Shown: positions 45,149-55,518 of the stretch, piece after piece
Layout: the number at the start of each line of letters is the position of its first letter
Position numbering within the stretch: the stretch's first letter is position 1
Assembly: GCA_963777965.1 (NCBI GenBank)
Contig: CAVZSS010000035.1
Coordinates: forward strand, 33,840 to 97,839
DNA: 64,000 nucleotides
DNA from: an uncultured Chloroflexia bacterium
GTDB taxonomy: Bacteria; Chloroflexota; Anaerolineae; Anaerolineales; UBA4823
Direction of reading: 5' to 3'
The notes under the pieces: generated by a model
What the model was told of the DNA's origin: nothing
The model's database searches: none
What the model saw: the letters and a program-made list of their open reading frames with translations, nothing else
Made by a program: the position numbers and the translations under genes

Positions 45149-45199
45149 TTGACATGCAGGATGGAGGTTTCTATAATCAATTGTGATACCAGGAAAAGG
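45149..45199 (+). promoter_or_regulatory. Consensus sigma70 promoter with degenerate copy of the GntR-type operator
   Basis: TTGACA(45149)-N17-TATAAT(45172); TGTGATACCAGGA at 45182, same offset as the operator at 33543. Confidence 0.65.
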
Positions 45200-45303
45200 A
45201 TACATAATTTTATACAGTTCTGAGCAAGAATGTAATCAGCCAGCCGGCTATTTTGGATAATGTTGAAATCAATCAAATCTACTCATTGAAAGGAAATAAA
45301 AAT

Positions 45304-46276
45304 ATGAAAATTGGTTTATTCACGGCTACATTTCTGGATATGAAGATTGAGGAAGTCTTTAAGATGGCCTCAGATTTGGGTTATGGGGCAGTGGAAATGC
45401 CCGCATTTGCCAATAACCCGCACCTGGACATCGAAGAGATCGTCAAAGGTAAAAATGCTGACACATTGAAGAAGCTGGTCAAATCCTATGGGTTGATCAT
45501 CTCTGCCCTGGCCAATCACCCGGAAGGCCAGATCGTCCTTGGTCCATATGGCAAGGATACCGATGCAATTTTCAAAGGCACCAAGGAAGAGAAGATCAAG
45601 TTTGGCACCGAGCGGATGATCAAAACCGCCCAGGCAGCCAATGCCCTCGAAGTCCCGGTGGTCACCGGTTTCATCGGCTGCGAGAATTTCGGGCGTTTCT
45701 TCCCCTGGCCTTATTCCAAAGGCTGGTCGGACATGGAAGTGGAATTCGTTGAACGCTGGGGAAAGATCCTGGATAAATTCGGTGAGTACGGTGTTAAATT
45801 TGCCCACGAACCGCACCCGAATGAGCTTGTCTATAATGTGGAGACTGCCCTGCGAGCGGTTGAGCTGATGGGTGGTCGCAAGGAATTCGGTTTCAACTTT
45901 GACCCTGCCAACCTGATCTATCTTGGCATTGATGTGGAGAACTTCATCGACGCGCTTGCCGGTAAAATCTTACCATGTGCATGCAAAAGACGGCGAAGTC
46001 GTTGTCCATAATGTCCGCCGGTCTGGCGTGATCCCGCAGGGTGACTGGCAGCGTCTTGGGCGCGGTTTCCGCTTCAGGATCCCAGGCTGGGGTTCGGTGC
46101 CATGGAAGAAAGTGATCACTGAGCTTTCGCTGATCGGGTACGATTACGTCATGTCTTACGAGCATGAAGATGTGACCATGAGCCGCAATGACGGCATCAC
46201 CAAGACAATCGCTTATTTGAAACCGCTTTTGATCGAAAAGCCTTACGAAGGTCGCAACGACGTTTTATTCCAATAA
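45304..46276 (+). CDS. Xylose-isomerase-like TIM barrel (3-keto-glycal hydratase/MocC-like; frameshift near 45965)
   Basis: HEPHP, FNFDPAN, HVHAKD, FRIPGWG, SYEHED. Confidence 0.85.
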
Positions 46277-46306
46277 TTCCAAATTACTGTTCAAGGAGCA
46301 TATTCT

Positions 46307-47365
46307 ATGGCAAACATGATGAAAGCAGCTGTTTTTGAAAAAATTGGTGTGATTAAAGTCAAAGAAGTGCCTGTTCCTGAGATTGGCGAGAATGATGTGC
46401 TGATCAAGGTTAAAAATACCGGCATCTGCGGTACCGACTGGAGCATTTATAACGGCTGGTATTCCGCCGATAAATTGCCCATGATCCCCGGACACGAATT
46501 CTCGGGGGTGATCGCCAAGGTTGGCAAGAATGCCAAGGGTTTGAATGAGGGTGATCGGGTCACCTGTGACATTAACATGAGCTGTGGGAAATGCTTCTAC
46601 TGCATCAAGGGAGAAAAACTGCTTTGCGATAACTTTACCCAGCTTGGCATCCACACCGATGGCACGTTTGCTGAATATGTTAAAGCCCCTGCCGCACTGG
46701 TGCATAAACTACCCGATAACATGAGCTTTGAAGAAGGTGCGTTCATCGAGCCTGTCTCCTGTGTCATCCATGCCGCCAAAGCCATGGATGCCTGCCTGGG
46801 CAGCAGCGTTGCCATCATCGGCTGCGGTCTGGGTGTGCTGCATGCACGCATGGCAGTTCTGCGTGCTTGTGCCCCGGTCATTATTTTTGGAGACAACCGC
46901 AAGCGGTTGCAGATCGCCAAGGATATGGGCGCAGATTATGCCATCCATATCGATGATGTCGCCGACCCGGTGGCCGAGGTGATGAAACTCACCCATGGGC
47001 GCGGGGCTGACTATGCCATCGAAGCCGTTGGGACTGTTAAAACCTACGAACAGGCATTTGCCATGCTCCGGCGCGGTGGGAGACTCTCTGCCTTTGGCAT
47101 CACCGGCGAACAAGACGTGATGAACATCCGCCCGTTTGAGTTCGTGCTGGGCGAGAAGAAGATCACTGGCTCGTGCGCAGGTGTAGGCGCAGACTGGCCG
47201 GATGCGATCACGCTCATTTCGAATGGAAGGATCAACCCAAAGCCACTGTTCTCCTTGAAAGTACCCCTGGAAGACCTGGAATGGGCCTTGCATGAGCTGC
47301 GTAAGGACCCCAGTCTGTTCAAGGTCTTTGTTTCACCAGAGATTTCCAAAAGGGAAGTCCTGTAA
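46307..47365 (+). CDS. Zn-dependent alcohol/polyol dehydrogenase
   Basis: GICGTD, GHE, CGKCFYC..C, EAVG. Confidence 0.9.
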   Translation: MANMMKAAVFEKIGVIKVKEVPVPEIGENDVLIKVKNTGICGTDWSIYNGWYSADKLPMIPGHEFSGVIAKVGKNAKGLNEGDRVTCDINMSCGKCFYCIKGEKLLCDNFTQLGIHTDGTFAEYVKAPAALVHKLPDNMSFEEGAFIEPVSCVIHAAKAMDACLGSSVAIIGCGLGVLHARMAVLRACAPVIIFGDNRKRLQIAKDMGADYAIHIDDVADPVAEVMKLTHGRGADYAIEAVGTVKTYEQAFAMLRRGGRLSAFGITGEQDVMNIRPFEFVLGEKKITGSCAGVGADWPDAITLISNGRINPKPLFSLKVPLEDLEWALHELRKDPSLFKVFVSPEISKREVL

Positions 47366-47371
47366 TTCAAT

Positions 47372-47408
47372 CTGATATGCGGCCTATCTAATATAGGCCG
47401 CATATCAG
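47372..47408 (+). terminator. Strong hairpin (terminator/stabiliser)
   Basis: 16-bp perfect stem CTGATATGCGGCCTAT/ATAGGCCGCATATCAG. Confidence 0.65.
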
Positions 47409-47438
47409 CAAAATCCAGCTTTTTTCGGAGCCAGGCAG

Positions 47439-47829
47439 TTGAAGATCAGTAAAATTGACCACGTCTCGATCAATGTTATGGATATCCAAAAATCGATCGA
47501 TTTTTACAGTCGAATTTTAGGCCTCAAGCAGCTGGAGACCGTGGACTGTGGCGAGTTCGATATTACCTACTTTGCCCTTCCGGATGGGTCTCGCCTGGAG
47601 CTGTTTGATTATCATGGCAAGAACCAGGCTATCCCGCGCGAAGAAAGCGAGGTGGGGCTCAGGCATATCGCCTTCCAGGTGCGAGGATGTAGCTGCCCAT
47701 GAAAGGCTTTTAAGAGCCGAAGGCGTGGAGATCACCCTGCCCACCTGTGACCTGCCAAACCTTGGGGCACGCGTGCTGCTCTTCCTCGACCCAAACGGGG
47801 TAACCCTGGAATTTTGTGAAAAATTGTAA
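47439..47829 (+). CDS. VOC/glyoxalase family protein (frameshift near 47685)
   Basis: DHVSINV.D...S..FY..ILG, LELF, HIAF, FLDPNG..LE. Confidence 0.85.
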
Positions 47830-47899
47830 GGAATTAACCATTATCGATATTTTAATGGTATTAAAAACCAAAAAAGCAAATTACTGGAGGTAACTGCAA

Positions 47900-49141
47900 A
47901 TGGATAATAAAGAGATCCTGCTTTCACCGATCAAGATAGGCACCTTTACGAGCCCGAACCGCTTTTTCAGCCAGGCTATGGAATGCACCGATGCTGATAC
48001 GGAAGGCAATCCTTCCGATCTGACCTATCAGCGGTATGAGAACCTGTTCAAGGGTGAAGCGGGCATGGTCAGCCTTGAAGCGATCACGATAACGGATAAG
48101 AACCGCTCGCGCCTGAACCAATTGTTCATCATGCCCCAAAACCTTCCGGCTTTAGCAAAATTCGTGAAGCGCCTGCGGGAAGTCAATCCAAAGACAATTT
48201 TTATCTACCAGCTGACCCACTCCGGCGAGTTAAGCAACCCTGAATTTTCAAAACGTTTATCGGTTAAACCGCTGCCAGGTTTTACAGCGGATGTATTCAC
48301 TGAGGATGAATTTGAAAAGATCATGGATGATTTCGTCCTGGCTGCCAAGATCACCCGCGATTCAGGCGCGGATGGAATCGACATGAAGCTATGCCATGGC
48401 TATTTAGGCTCTCAAATTCTGCGCCCATACAATACACGCAAGTGGAAATACGGTGGAAAGTGGGAGAACCGGCGCCAATTTGCCTTTGACCTGTATGAAC
48501 GCATCAAGAAGGCAGTGCCGGATAAGGATTTCCTGATCGGGTCTAAGATTTCCGTATGGGAGGGTTTCCCGGGTGGGTTTGGCACAGCCGGACCAGACAC
48601 TCCGGTGATTGACCTGACCGAGCCGGTTGACCTGGTGAAGGGACTTGAAGAGCGCGGTGCCCAGTACTTTGTCCAATCAGCGGGCAGCCCTTCGATCACC
48701 ATCAGCCTCACCCAGGCGGATAAAGACCACCCGTACTTCGCTTACCTGCACCAATATTTCGCCAAGGTTTTTCGGGATAACCTGAAGAAGGAAACCGTTG
48801 TGATCGGGTCGAACTACTCGGTATTTGGCAAGGGTAAAAGTAAATTGGCGGCAGTCAGCCCCAAGGATAGCGCCTTGCTGGCCTATGGCGCTCAGAACAT
48901 CGCCAAAGGCTACACGGATATGATCGCCCTTGGGCGCCAATCCTTTGCTGACCCACTCCTGCCTTTGAAACTGCGCGAAGGTCGCGAGAAGGAGATCAAT
49001 TACTGTACCGCATGCGATAACTGCCTGGAACTGCTCATCCAGCAACGTCCGATTGGCTGCTGTACATATAATGAATACTATACGAAGGTCCTGGTCGACA
49101 CCCGCAAGGAAAAGGGTAGCCTTAAAGAAAGACATACCTAG
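47900..49141 (+). CDS. NADH:flavin oxidoreductase (Old Yellow Enzyme/2,4-dienoyl-CoA reductase-like)
   Basis: PNRF, QLTHSG, DGID.K.CHGYLGSQ, YGG.WENR, GRQSFADP, CTACDNC. Confidence 0.88.
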   Translation: MDNKEILLSPIKIGTFTSPNRFFSQAMECTDADTEGNPSDLTYQRYENLFKGEAGMVSLEAITITDKNRSRLNQLFIMPQNLPALAKFVKRLREVNPKTIFIYQLTHSGELSNPEFSKRLSVKPLPGFTADVFTEDEFEKIMDDFVLAAKITRDSGADGIDMKLCHGYLGSQILRPYNTRKWKYGGKWENRRQFAFDLYERIKKAVPDKDFLIGSKISVWEGFPGGFGTAGPDTPVIDLTEPVDLVKGLEERGAQYFVQSAGSPSITISLTQADKDHPYFAYLHQYFAKVFRDNLKKETVVIGSNYSVFGKGKSKLAAVSPKDSALLAYGAQNIAKGYTDMIALGRQSFADPLLPLKLREGREKEINYCTACDNCLELLIQQRPIGCCTYNEYYTKVLVDTRKEKGSLKERHT

Positions 49142-49159
49142 TCCTATTCACTTGATAAA

Positions 49160-49200
49160 AATCCAGACCTGCCTTGACCATCCAGGCAGGTCTTGGTATT
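49160..49200 (+). terminator. Probable intrinsic terminator
   Basis: AGACCTGCCT...AGGCAGGTCT stem followed by T-rich tail. Confidence 0.6.
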
Positions 49201-49297
49201 AACCAGGGGTTGTCCAGGTTATAAAAGAAATATTTAGGCCATGATACAATCGCATCAAGATGTCATATCTGAGGCTAGGCAGAGAAAGGGAAAGACC

Positions 49298-50269
49298 GTG
49301 AAATACAGAAAATTTGGCAGAACAGATCTACTGGTAAGTGAAATTGGTCATGGCTTGTGGGGTATGGGCGGTTGGTCGGGTTCGGATGATAAAGCATCTC
49401 TTGAAACAATGCAAGTGTCATTGGAGAAGGGCTGTAATTTCTTCGATAGCGCCTGGGCTTACGGGAGCGGGCATAGTGACCAACTGCTCGGGAAGCTGAT
49501 CAAGAATAATCCGAATGCCAAAATAATCGCGGCCAGCAAAATTCCTCCGAAAAACAATCAATGGCCCGCAAGTTCAAGGGATAAACTTCAGGACGTATTT
49601 CCCCGGCAGCATGTAATTGACTATACAGAGAAAATCCTGGAGGGCATTGGAATAAATTGCCTGGATGTACTGCAGTTCCATGTATGGGATGACACCTGGA
49701 CTGAAGACGATGAGTGGAAACAAACCATAACCGATCTTAAGGCAAAAAAGCTGATCCGATATTTCGGTTTAAGCATCAATCGATGGGAACCATGGAATGG
49801 CATGCAAGCCATCCAAACCGGGTTGGTGGATGCTGTCCAGGTCATCTACAATATCTTTGACCAGGCCCCCGAGGACCAGCTATTCCCACTGTGCGAGAAA
49901 ATGAACGTGGGAGTGATCGCCAGGGTGCCACTGGATGAGGGCGGCCTGTCTGGTAAGCTGACCGATGAGACCCGCTTCCCCAGGACAGATTGGCGGGCGA
50001 AGTATTTCGGTCCGCAAAATTTACATCCCACGGTGGTGCGTGCGAATGCCTTAAAAGAACTGCTCCCAGATGGTATGAGCTTGCCGGAAATGGCACTCCG
50101 GTTTATCCTGTCCAACAAAGACGTCAGCACCACCATTGTTGGGATGCGTACCCTGGACCACCTCCATGAAAACATTGGGGTGAGTGATGGTCTGGGATTG
50201 CCTGACGAACTGATCGCCCAATTGCGCCTCCATCGCTGGGATCGAAAAATCGCACCCTGGTCGGATTGA
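49298..50269 (+). CDS. Aldo/keto reductase
   Basis: GRTDLLVSEIGHGLW, FFDSAWAYG.G.S, QVIYNIFDQ, ALRFIL. Confidence 0.92.
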   Translation: MKYRKFGRTDLLVSEIGHGLWGMGGWSGSDDKASLETMQVSLEKGCNFFDSAWAYGSGHSDQLLGKLIKNNPNAKIIAASKIPPKNNQWPASSRDKLQDVFPRQHVIDYTEKILEGIGINCLDVLQFHVWDDTWTEDDEWKQTITDLKAKKLIRYFGLSINRWEPWNGMQAIQTGLVDAVQVIYNIFDQAPEDQLFPLCEKMNVGVIARVPLDEGGLSGKLTDETRFPRTDWRAKYFGPQNLHPTVVRANALKELLPDGMSLPEMALRFILSNKDVSTTIVGMRTLDHLHENIGVSDGLGLPDELIAQLRLHRWDRKIAPWSD

Positions 50270-50455
50270 TCAGGTGAGTCATAACCATTTTTTTCTGACC
50301 GTGATGCATTGCTTTCAGATTGGGAATTCTTTCATAACTACATTGCAACCTAGAAAAAGGCTGGCGGTTTTTCCCCTGCACCCTGAAGGAATTTAGGAAA
50401 ATTCAGAACGAGTATAATACTTTCAAATTCATCCGCATAAAACAAGAGGTTCACC

Positions 50456-52954
50456 ATGAAAGATACATTGATCAATCCCCTCATCATGTCCAATGCACAG
50501 CTCCAGGCAGAACTCTGGCGCTGTGAGTTTTGCGAGGAGAAGCCATGTAGGGAAGCCTGCCCGGTTAATTGCTCCCCCGCCGATTTCATCATGGCTGCCA
50601 GGGTTGGGAATCCGTCCGATATCAGGCGATCGGCAGGCGAGATCATGCACGCCAATCCACTGGGTGGGGTCTGCGGGATGGTCTGCCCGGATACGTTGTG
50701 CATGGCAGCCTGCACGCGGGTGAAATTTGACGGGGCGATCAACATTCCCCTCGTCCAGGCAACCATTGTGGAAATGGCCAAAGGTCTGGGAGGCATCCCA
50801 GAATTCTCCAAACCAAGGTTGAATGGAAAGAAAGTAGCTGTCATCGGTGGTGGTCCAGCGGGGTTAGGCGCAGCAGCTGTCCTGGCACAAATGGGTTACA
50901 CTGTGGACATCTTCGAAGGGCGCAACCGCCTGGGCGGGATGATGAACCTGATCCCAGACCATCGGTTGGACAAGAAGGTAATTGAGACGGATATTCAATT
51001 CCTCCTGTCGCTTGGGAAACATCACTGTAAAAACGGGAACAAAAATCGAAGACCCCCAAAAACTGTTCAAGAATGGATACGAGGCGGTATGTATTACCGC
51101 TGGTCTATGGAAGCCAATTGAGCTGGGCATCCAGAACGAAGACCTGGCAATCAAGATGGTTGATCTGTTGGCAAAGCCGTACTCACACAAGTTTGACGGG
51201 CGGGTGGCAGTCATTGGTGGTGGAGCAACCGCCATTGACTGTGCCATCACAGCCAAACAGTACGGCGCCAGGCATGTCGAGCTCTTCATGTTGGAAAAAC
51301 TTGCCGAGATGCCGCTGACTGCGAAAGAACGAAAAGAGTTAATGGATTTCGATATCGAAGTGAACGGACGCATCCGGGTTAGCAAGATCATAAAGAATGG
51401 TAAGAGAGCCTCCGGTGTTGAAACCATTAAAGTTGAACTTCCCGAAGGGAAACCGTTCAGCCCGGCAAACATGTGTGACATCCCCGGTACGGAAGGGATA
51501 CGCACCGGCTTTGTTGCAGTAATCGTAGCGATAGGGATGCGAGCAACCCTTCCGATCGAGAAGGGTGGTGGGCTGTTTTACGCCGGTGATATGCTGACTG
51601 GTCCAAAGACAGTCGTCCAGGCAGTCGCCTCCGGTAAGAACGCCGCACTTGAGATCGACGCTTACCTGGCAGGCAAAGATAAACCGGTGATTGAAAAGCC
51701 CACCAAGTCCTATTTCAGCCTGCCTGGCTACAACCCGGTGCCCGTTTCATTGGCAACCGAGTTCTTTGGCCGGCCGATCATCTCTCCATATCTCATTTCC
51801 GCTTCTCCATCCACCGACGGCCTGGAACAGATGAACCGGGCATACCAGGCTGGATGGGCTGGGGGCGTGATGAAAACTGCCTTCGATAACGTCCCCATCC
51901 ACATCCCGGGTGAATATATGTTCACTTACAACCCGTATACGTATGCCAACGCAGATAACGTCTCCGGTCACTCGCTTGACCGTGTATGCCGTGAAGTTGA
52001 ACAGCTGGTCAAGCAGTGGCCCGATCGCTTAACCATGGCTTCCACCGGTGGACCGGTCACAGGCAACCGGAGCTGCGATGCAGCTGGCTGGCAATCCAAC
52101 ACAAAAAACTGGAAGCCGCAGGCGTGATGGGTATTGAGTATTCGTTGTCCTGCCCGCAGGGAGGCGACGGTACGGAAGGTGCCATCGTCTCGCAAAATGC
52201 AGCCCTGACTGCCCGGATCATTGATTGGATCATGCAGGTCGGTGACCCAGATATCCCCAAGCTGTTTAAGCTTACCGCGGCAGTCACTTCCATCGCACCC
52301 ATCCTGCGGGCGATCCGTGCTGTGCTGGATAAATACCCCCACAAGAAGGCGGGGATCACCCTGGCAAATTCCTTCCCAACCCTGGCGTTTCGCCCGGCAT
52401 TGGGGCGTCGCTGGGAGGAAGGGGTGGTCGTGGGGATGAGCGGCGAGGGTGTCACCCCAATCTCCTACCTGACCCTGGCACAGGCTGTTCCGGAAGGGAT
52501 TGAGATCTCTGGCAATGGGGGACCGATGGACTATAAAGCTGCCATGGATTTCCTCGCCCTGGGTGTTAAAACCGTGCAGTTCTGTACCATCGTCATGAAG
52601 CAGGGCTACGGCATCATCCAGGACCTTGAATCTGGCACCTCCTTCCTGATGCAGCAGCGAGGCATCGCATCGATGAAAGAGCTGATCGGCATCGCCCAAC
52701 CAGATCCGATCACCGATTTTATGGCATTGACGCCGGTCAAGAAAATCTCGGAAGTCCACCACGATTATTGCGTATCCTGCGGTAACTGTGCCCGCTGCCC
52801 ATACCTGGCGATCACCCTGGACGAGAAGGGTATGCCGCACACCGACCCTGCCCTGTGCATCGGATGTTCGATATGTGCCAAGAAGTGCTTTGTGGGTGCC
52901 ATCACCATGCGGGAACGCACAGCGGAAGAGTTCGCTGTGCTGAAAGAGCATTAA
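50456..52954 (+). CDS. Single-chain dihydropyrimidine dehydrogenase-like flavo-iron-sulfur enzyme (PreT-PreA fusion; frameshifts near 51015, 52100)
   Basis: CEFC..PC..ACP and CGMVCP..LC..AC Fe-S, GGGPAG FAD, GGGATAID NADPH, DHODH-like barrel (SLSCPQG, KLT, GMSG, ISGNGG, VQFCT), C-terminal 2x[4Fe-4S]. Confidence 0.8.
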
Positions 52955-52964
52955 TCACGAAAGG

Positions 52965-54299
52965 ATGAATATGACCACTCGCTTTGAAAATGGGATTGTT
53001 GTCACGCTTGGAGAAAAGAACCGGGTACTTTGGAATGCGACCATCGTCACCGATGGGGAGAGTATTGCCGCATTGGGTGATCCCGCTGCCATGAAGCAGC
53101 GCTACCCCAGCGCGGATGCGGTGGACTGCTCCGGGAAGATCATCCTGCCCGGCTTTATTTGCACCCACCACCACTTTTACTCTACCATGGCACGTGGGAT
53201 GGGCATCCCAGGCCAACCTGCCTCAAACTTCGTCGAAATCCTTGAGAGATTGTGGTGGAAGGTGGATCGAGCCTTGGATGAAGAAGACATCCTTCTATCA
53301 GCACAGCTGCCCCTGATCGACTGCATCCGCAATGGCACGACCACCGTCATTGACCACCATGCCTCCCCAGCTATGCGGGATGGCTCACTTGATTTGATCG
53401 AAAATGCCGTTCGGCAGGCGGGTATCCGTGCCTCTCTTTGTTATGAAGTGTCTGACCGCAATATTAAGCGTGGTGGTGTTGCAGAAAATAAGCGCTTCAT
53501 CAAGAAGGTCGGCAAAGGGGATGGCCAGATTGCCGCCATGATGGGCATGCATGCCTCGTTCACTCTATCGGATGCGACCATCGAAGAATGCGTTGACATA
53601 GCCCGGGAGGCAGGCGTTGGTTGTCATATCCATGTGGCGGAAGATGCGGCAGACCGGGAAGATTCGCTCACCAAATATAAAATGCCGACGGTGAACCGCT
53701 TGCATAAGTTAGGTGTGACAGGTGAAAAGGCAATATTTGTTCACTGCGTCCATATCGACGAGGATGAGATGGATATCCTGGCTGAAACCGGGACGAGTGT
53801 GGTGCACAACCCTGAATCAAATATGAATAATGCGGTCGGTGTTACTCCACTGTTAAAGCTGTTAAAAAATGGCGTGCTGGTTGGACTAGGAACCGACGGT
53901 ATGGGTTCAGATATGCTGGTACAGATGCGCTGTGCCTACTTGCTGCATAGGCTCGCCAACCACGACCCGCGCGTGGCTTTCATGGAAGCGCCTCAGCTCC
54001 TTCTGCAAAATAACGCCGCAATTGCCAAACGACAATTTGGCCTGAAGTTGGGCGAGATTACCGAGGGGCATCCTGCTGACCTGGCGATCATCGATTATCA
54101 GCCCCCCACTCCCCTCAGCGAGGCGAATTTCCTTGGTCATCTCATCTTTGGATTGGTGGATGCGACCGTCGACACCACGGTCTGTAAGGGTAAAATCCTG
54201 ATGAAGGGAAAGCAGGTCCTGGTCATGGACGAGGAACGCATCGCTGCCCGGTCACGCGAGCTGGCCCCGCAGATGTGGAAGCGGTTGCAAGAACTCTAG
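52965..54299 (+). CDS. ssnA: Putative aminohydrolase SsnA (amidohydrolase)
   Basis: CTHHHFYSTMARG, NFVEILERLWW..DRAL, DHHAS, GMHASFTLSD, HIHVAE, HNPESNMNNAVG, GLGTDG. Confidence 0.85.
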   Translation: MNMTTRFENGIVVTLGEKNRVLWNATIVTDGESIAALGDPAAMKQRYPSADAVDCSGKIILPGFICTHHHFYSTMARGMGIPGQPASNFVEILERLWWKVDRALDEEDILLSAQLPLIDCIRNGTTTVIDHHASPAMRDGSLDLIENAVRQAGIRASLCYEVSDRNIKRGGVAENKRFIKKVGKGDGQIAAMMGMHASFTLSDATIEECVDIAREAGVGCHIHVAEDAADREDSLTKYKMPTVNRLHKLGVTGEKAIFVHCVHIDEDEMDILAETGTSVVHNPESNMNNAVGVTPLLKLLKNGVLVGLGTDGMGSDMLVQMRCAYLLHRLANHDPRVAFMEAPQLLLQNNAAIAKRQFGLKLGEITEGHPADLAIIDYQPPTPLSEANFLGHLIFGLVDATVDTTVCKGKILMKGKQVLVMDEERIAARSRELAPQMWKRLQEL

Positions 54300-54358
54300 G
54301 AAAATCAATGTTCATAGTGCCAATAGAAAATTATTGGTAGATAAAGCGAGGGACTGAT

Positions 54359-55351
54359 ATGGAACGTGTCGCACTATACCTGCAGGACGCGCACGACCTG
54401 CGCGATGGGCTCGATTATGTTAAATATGCGGAGAGCAAAGGCTTTGAAGCTGTCTGGCAGGCTGAGAGCCGCCTGGTGAGAGACGCCATCGTGCCGATGG
54501 CAGCTTATGCGGCAGTGACTGAGCGCATCAAGGTCGGTTCGGGGGTGATCAACAACTGGACCCGCAACATTGGCCTGCTCGCCTCCACCTTCCTCACGTT
54601 AGACGACCTGGCTCCAAACCGCGTGATCTGTGGAATTGGAGCCTGGTGGGACCCGCTGGCGAAAAATGTAGGCATCGAGCGCAAGAAACCGCTCACCGCC
54701 ATGAAAGAGACAGTTCATGTCTTGAGGCGCCTGCTGAACATGGAGCGGGTTACATTTGATGGAGAATTTATCCACGTTAATGGCATTGAGCTGGACGTGG
54801 TGCATGGTCGCCGTGAGCCGCGTAATGTACCGATCATGATCGGCGCAACGGGTGATCAGATGATGGAATTGGCAGGTGAAATCGCCGATGGGGTCGTGAT
54901 GAACTACTGCGCGCCACCGGAACAAAATGACCGTGCCCTTGAGCTGCTGGAGATAGGTGCCAGGAAGAGCGGCCGTAGCCTGGATGACATCGACCGCCCA
55001 CAGTTGATCGTCTGCTCGGTGGATGAGGATCACGATGTTGCATTTGAATCTGCCCGTGGGCTGCTGACCCAATACCTGGCACAGCAGCCTCACATCGCCA
55101 AATCGTCTGGCGTGCCTGATGAAATCGTCAAGAAGATCCAATCCATCCTGGGTTGGCCTGCCACCCAGGAACAGATCAACCAGGCCAAGCACCTGGTCCC
55201 AGATGACCTGGTGGATCGTATTACAGCTTCGGGTACACCCGAGGAAGCGCGCTGCTGCGTAAATGAGTACCGCAAACGCGGCTGCACCTGCCCGATCCTG
55301 TATCCTGTGTGTGGGGATGTGAAATTACTGGTGGATACTTTCGCACAGTAA
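54359..55351 (+). CDS. LLM class flavin-dependent (Mer-like, possibly F420) oxidoreductase
   Basis: [43 protein letters not shown]. Confidence 0.85.
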   Translation: MERVALYLQDAHDLRDGLDYVKYAESKGFEAVWQAESRLVRDAIVPMAAYAAVTERIKVGSGVINNWTRNIGLLASTFLTLDDLAPNRVICGIGAWWDPLAKNVGIERKKPLTAMKETVHVLRRLLNMERVTFDGEFIHVNGIELDVVHGRREPRNVPIMIGATGDQMMELAGEIADGVVMNYCAPPEQNDRALELLEIGARKSGRSLDDIDRPQLIVCSVDEDHDVAFESARGLLTQYLAQQPHIAKSSGVPDEIVKKIQSILGWPATQEQINQAKHLVPDDLVDRITASGTPEEARCCVNEYRKRGCTCPILYPVCGDVKLLVDTFAQ

Positions 55352-55365
55352 TCTTCAATCCAAGA

Positions 55366-55443
55366 CTCATAGCCGCAGGGATAAAAAATGCCGACGACAA
55401 GTCGGGGACAGGGTGGAAAGCCTGCTGGCTGAGCAAGCTTTTT
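55366..55443 (+). other. Structured intergenic element upstream of guaB (candidate cis-regulatory RNA or terminator)
   Basis: Outer stem CTC-AGCC-GCAGG/CCTGC-GGCT-GAG enclosing purine-rich internal loop and hairpin CCGAC/GTCGG; followed by short T-run. Confidence 0.35.
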
Positions 55444-55518
55444 GTAAATATATAAAAAATGAGGCACGTAAGGGTTTTTATAAAATTCTTTGGATAAATT
55501 TATCGTTATGGAGTGAAT

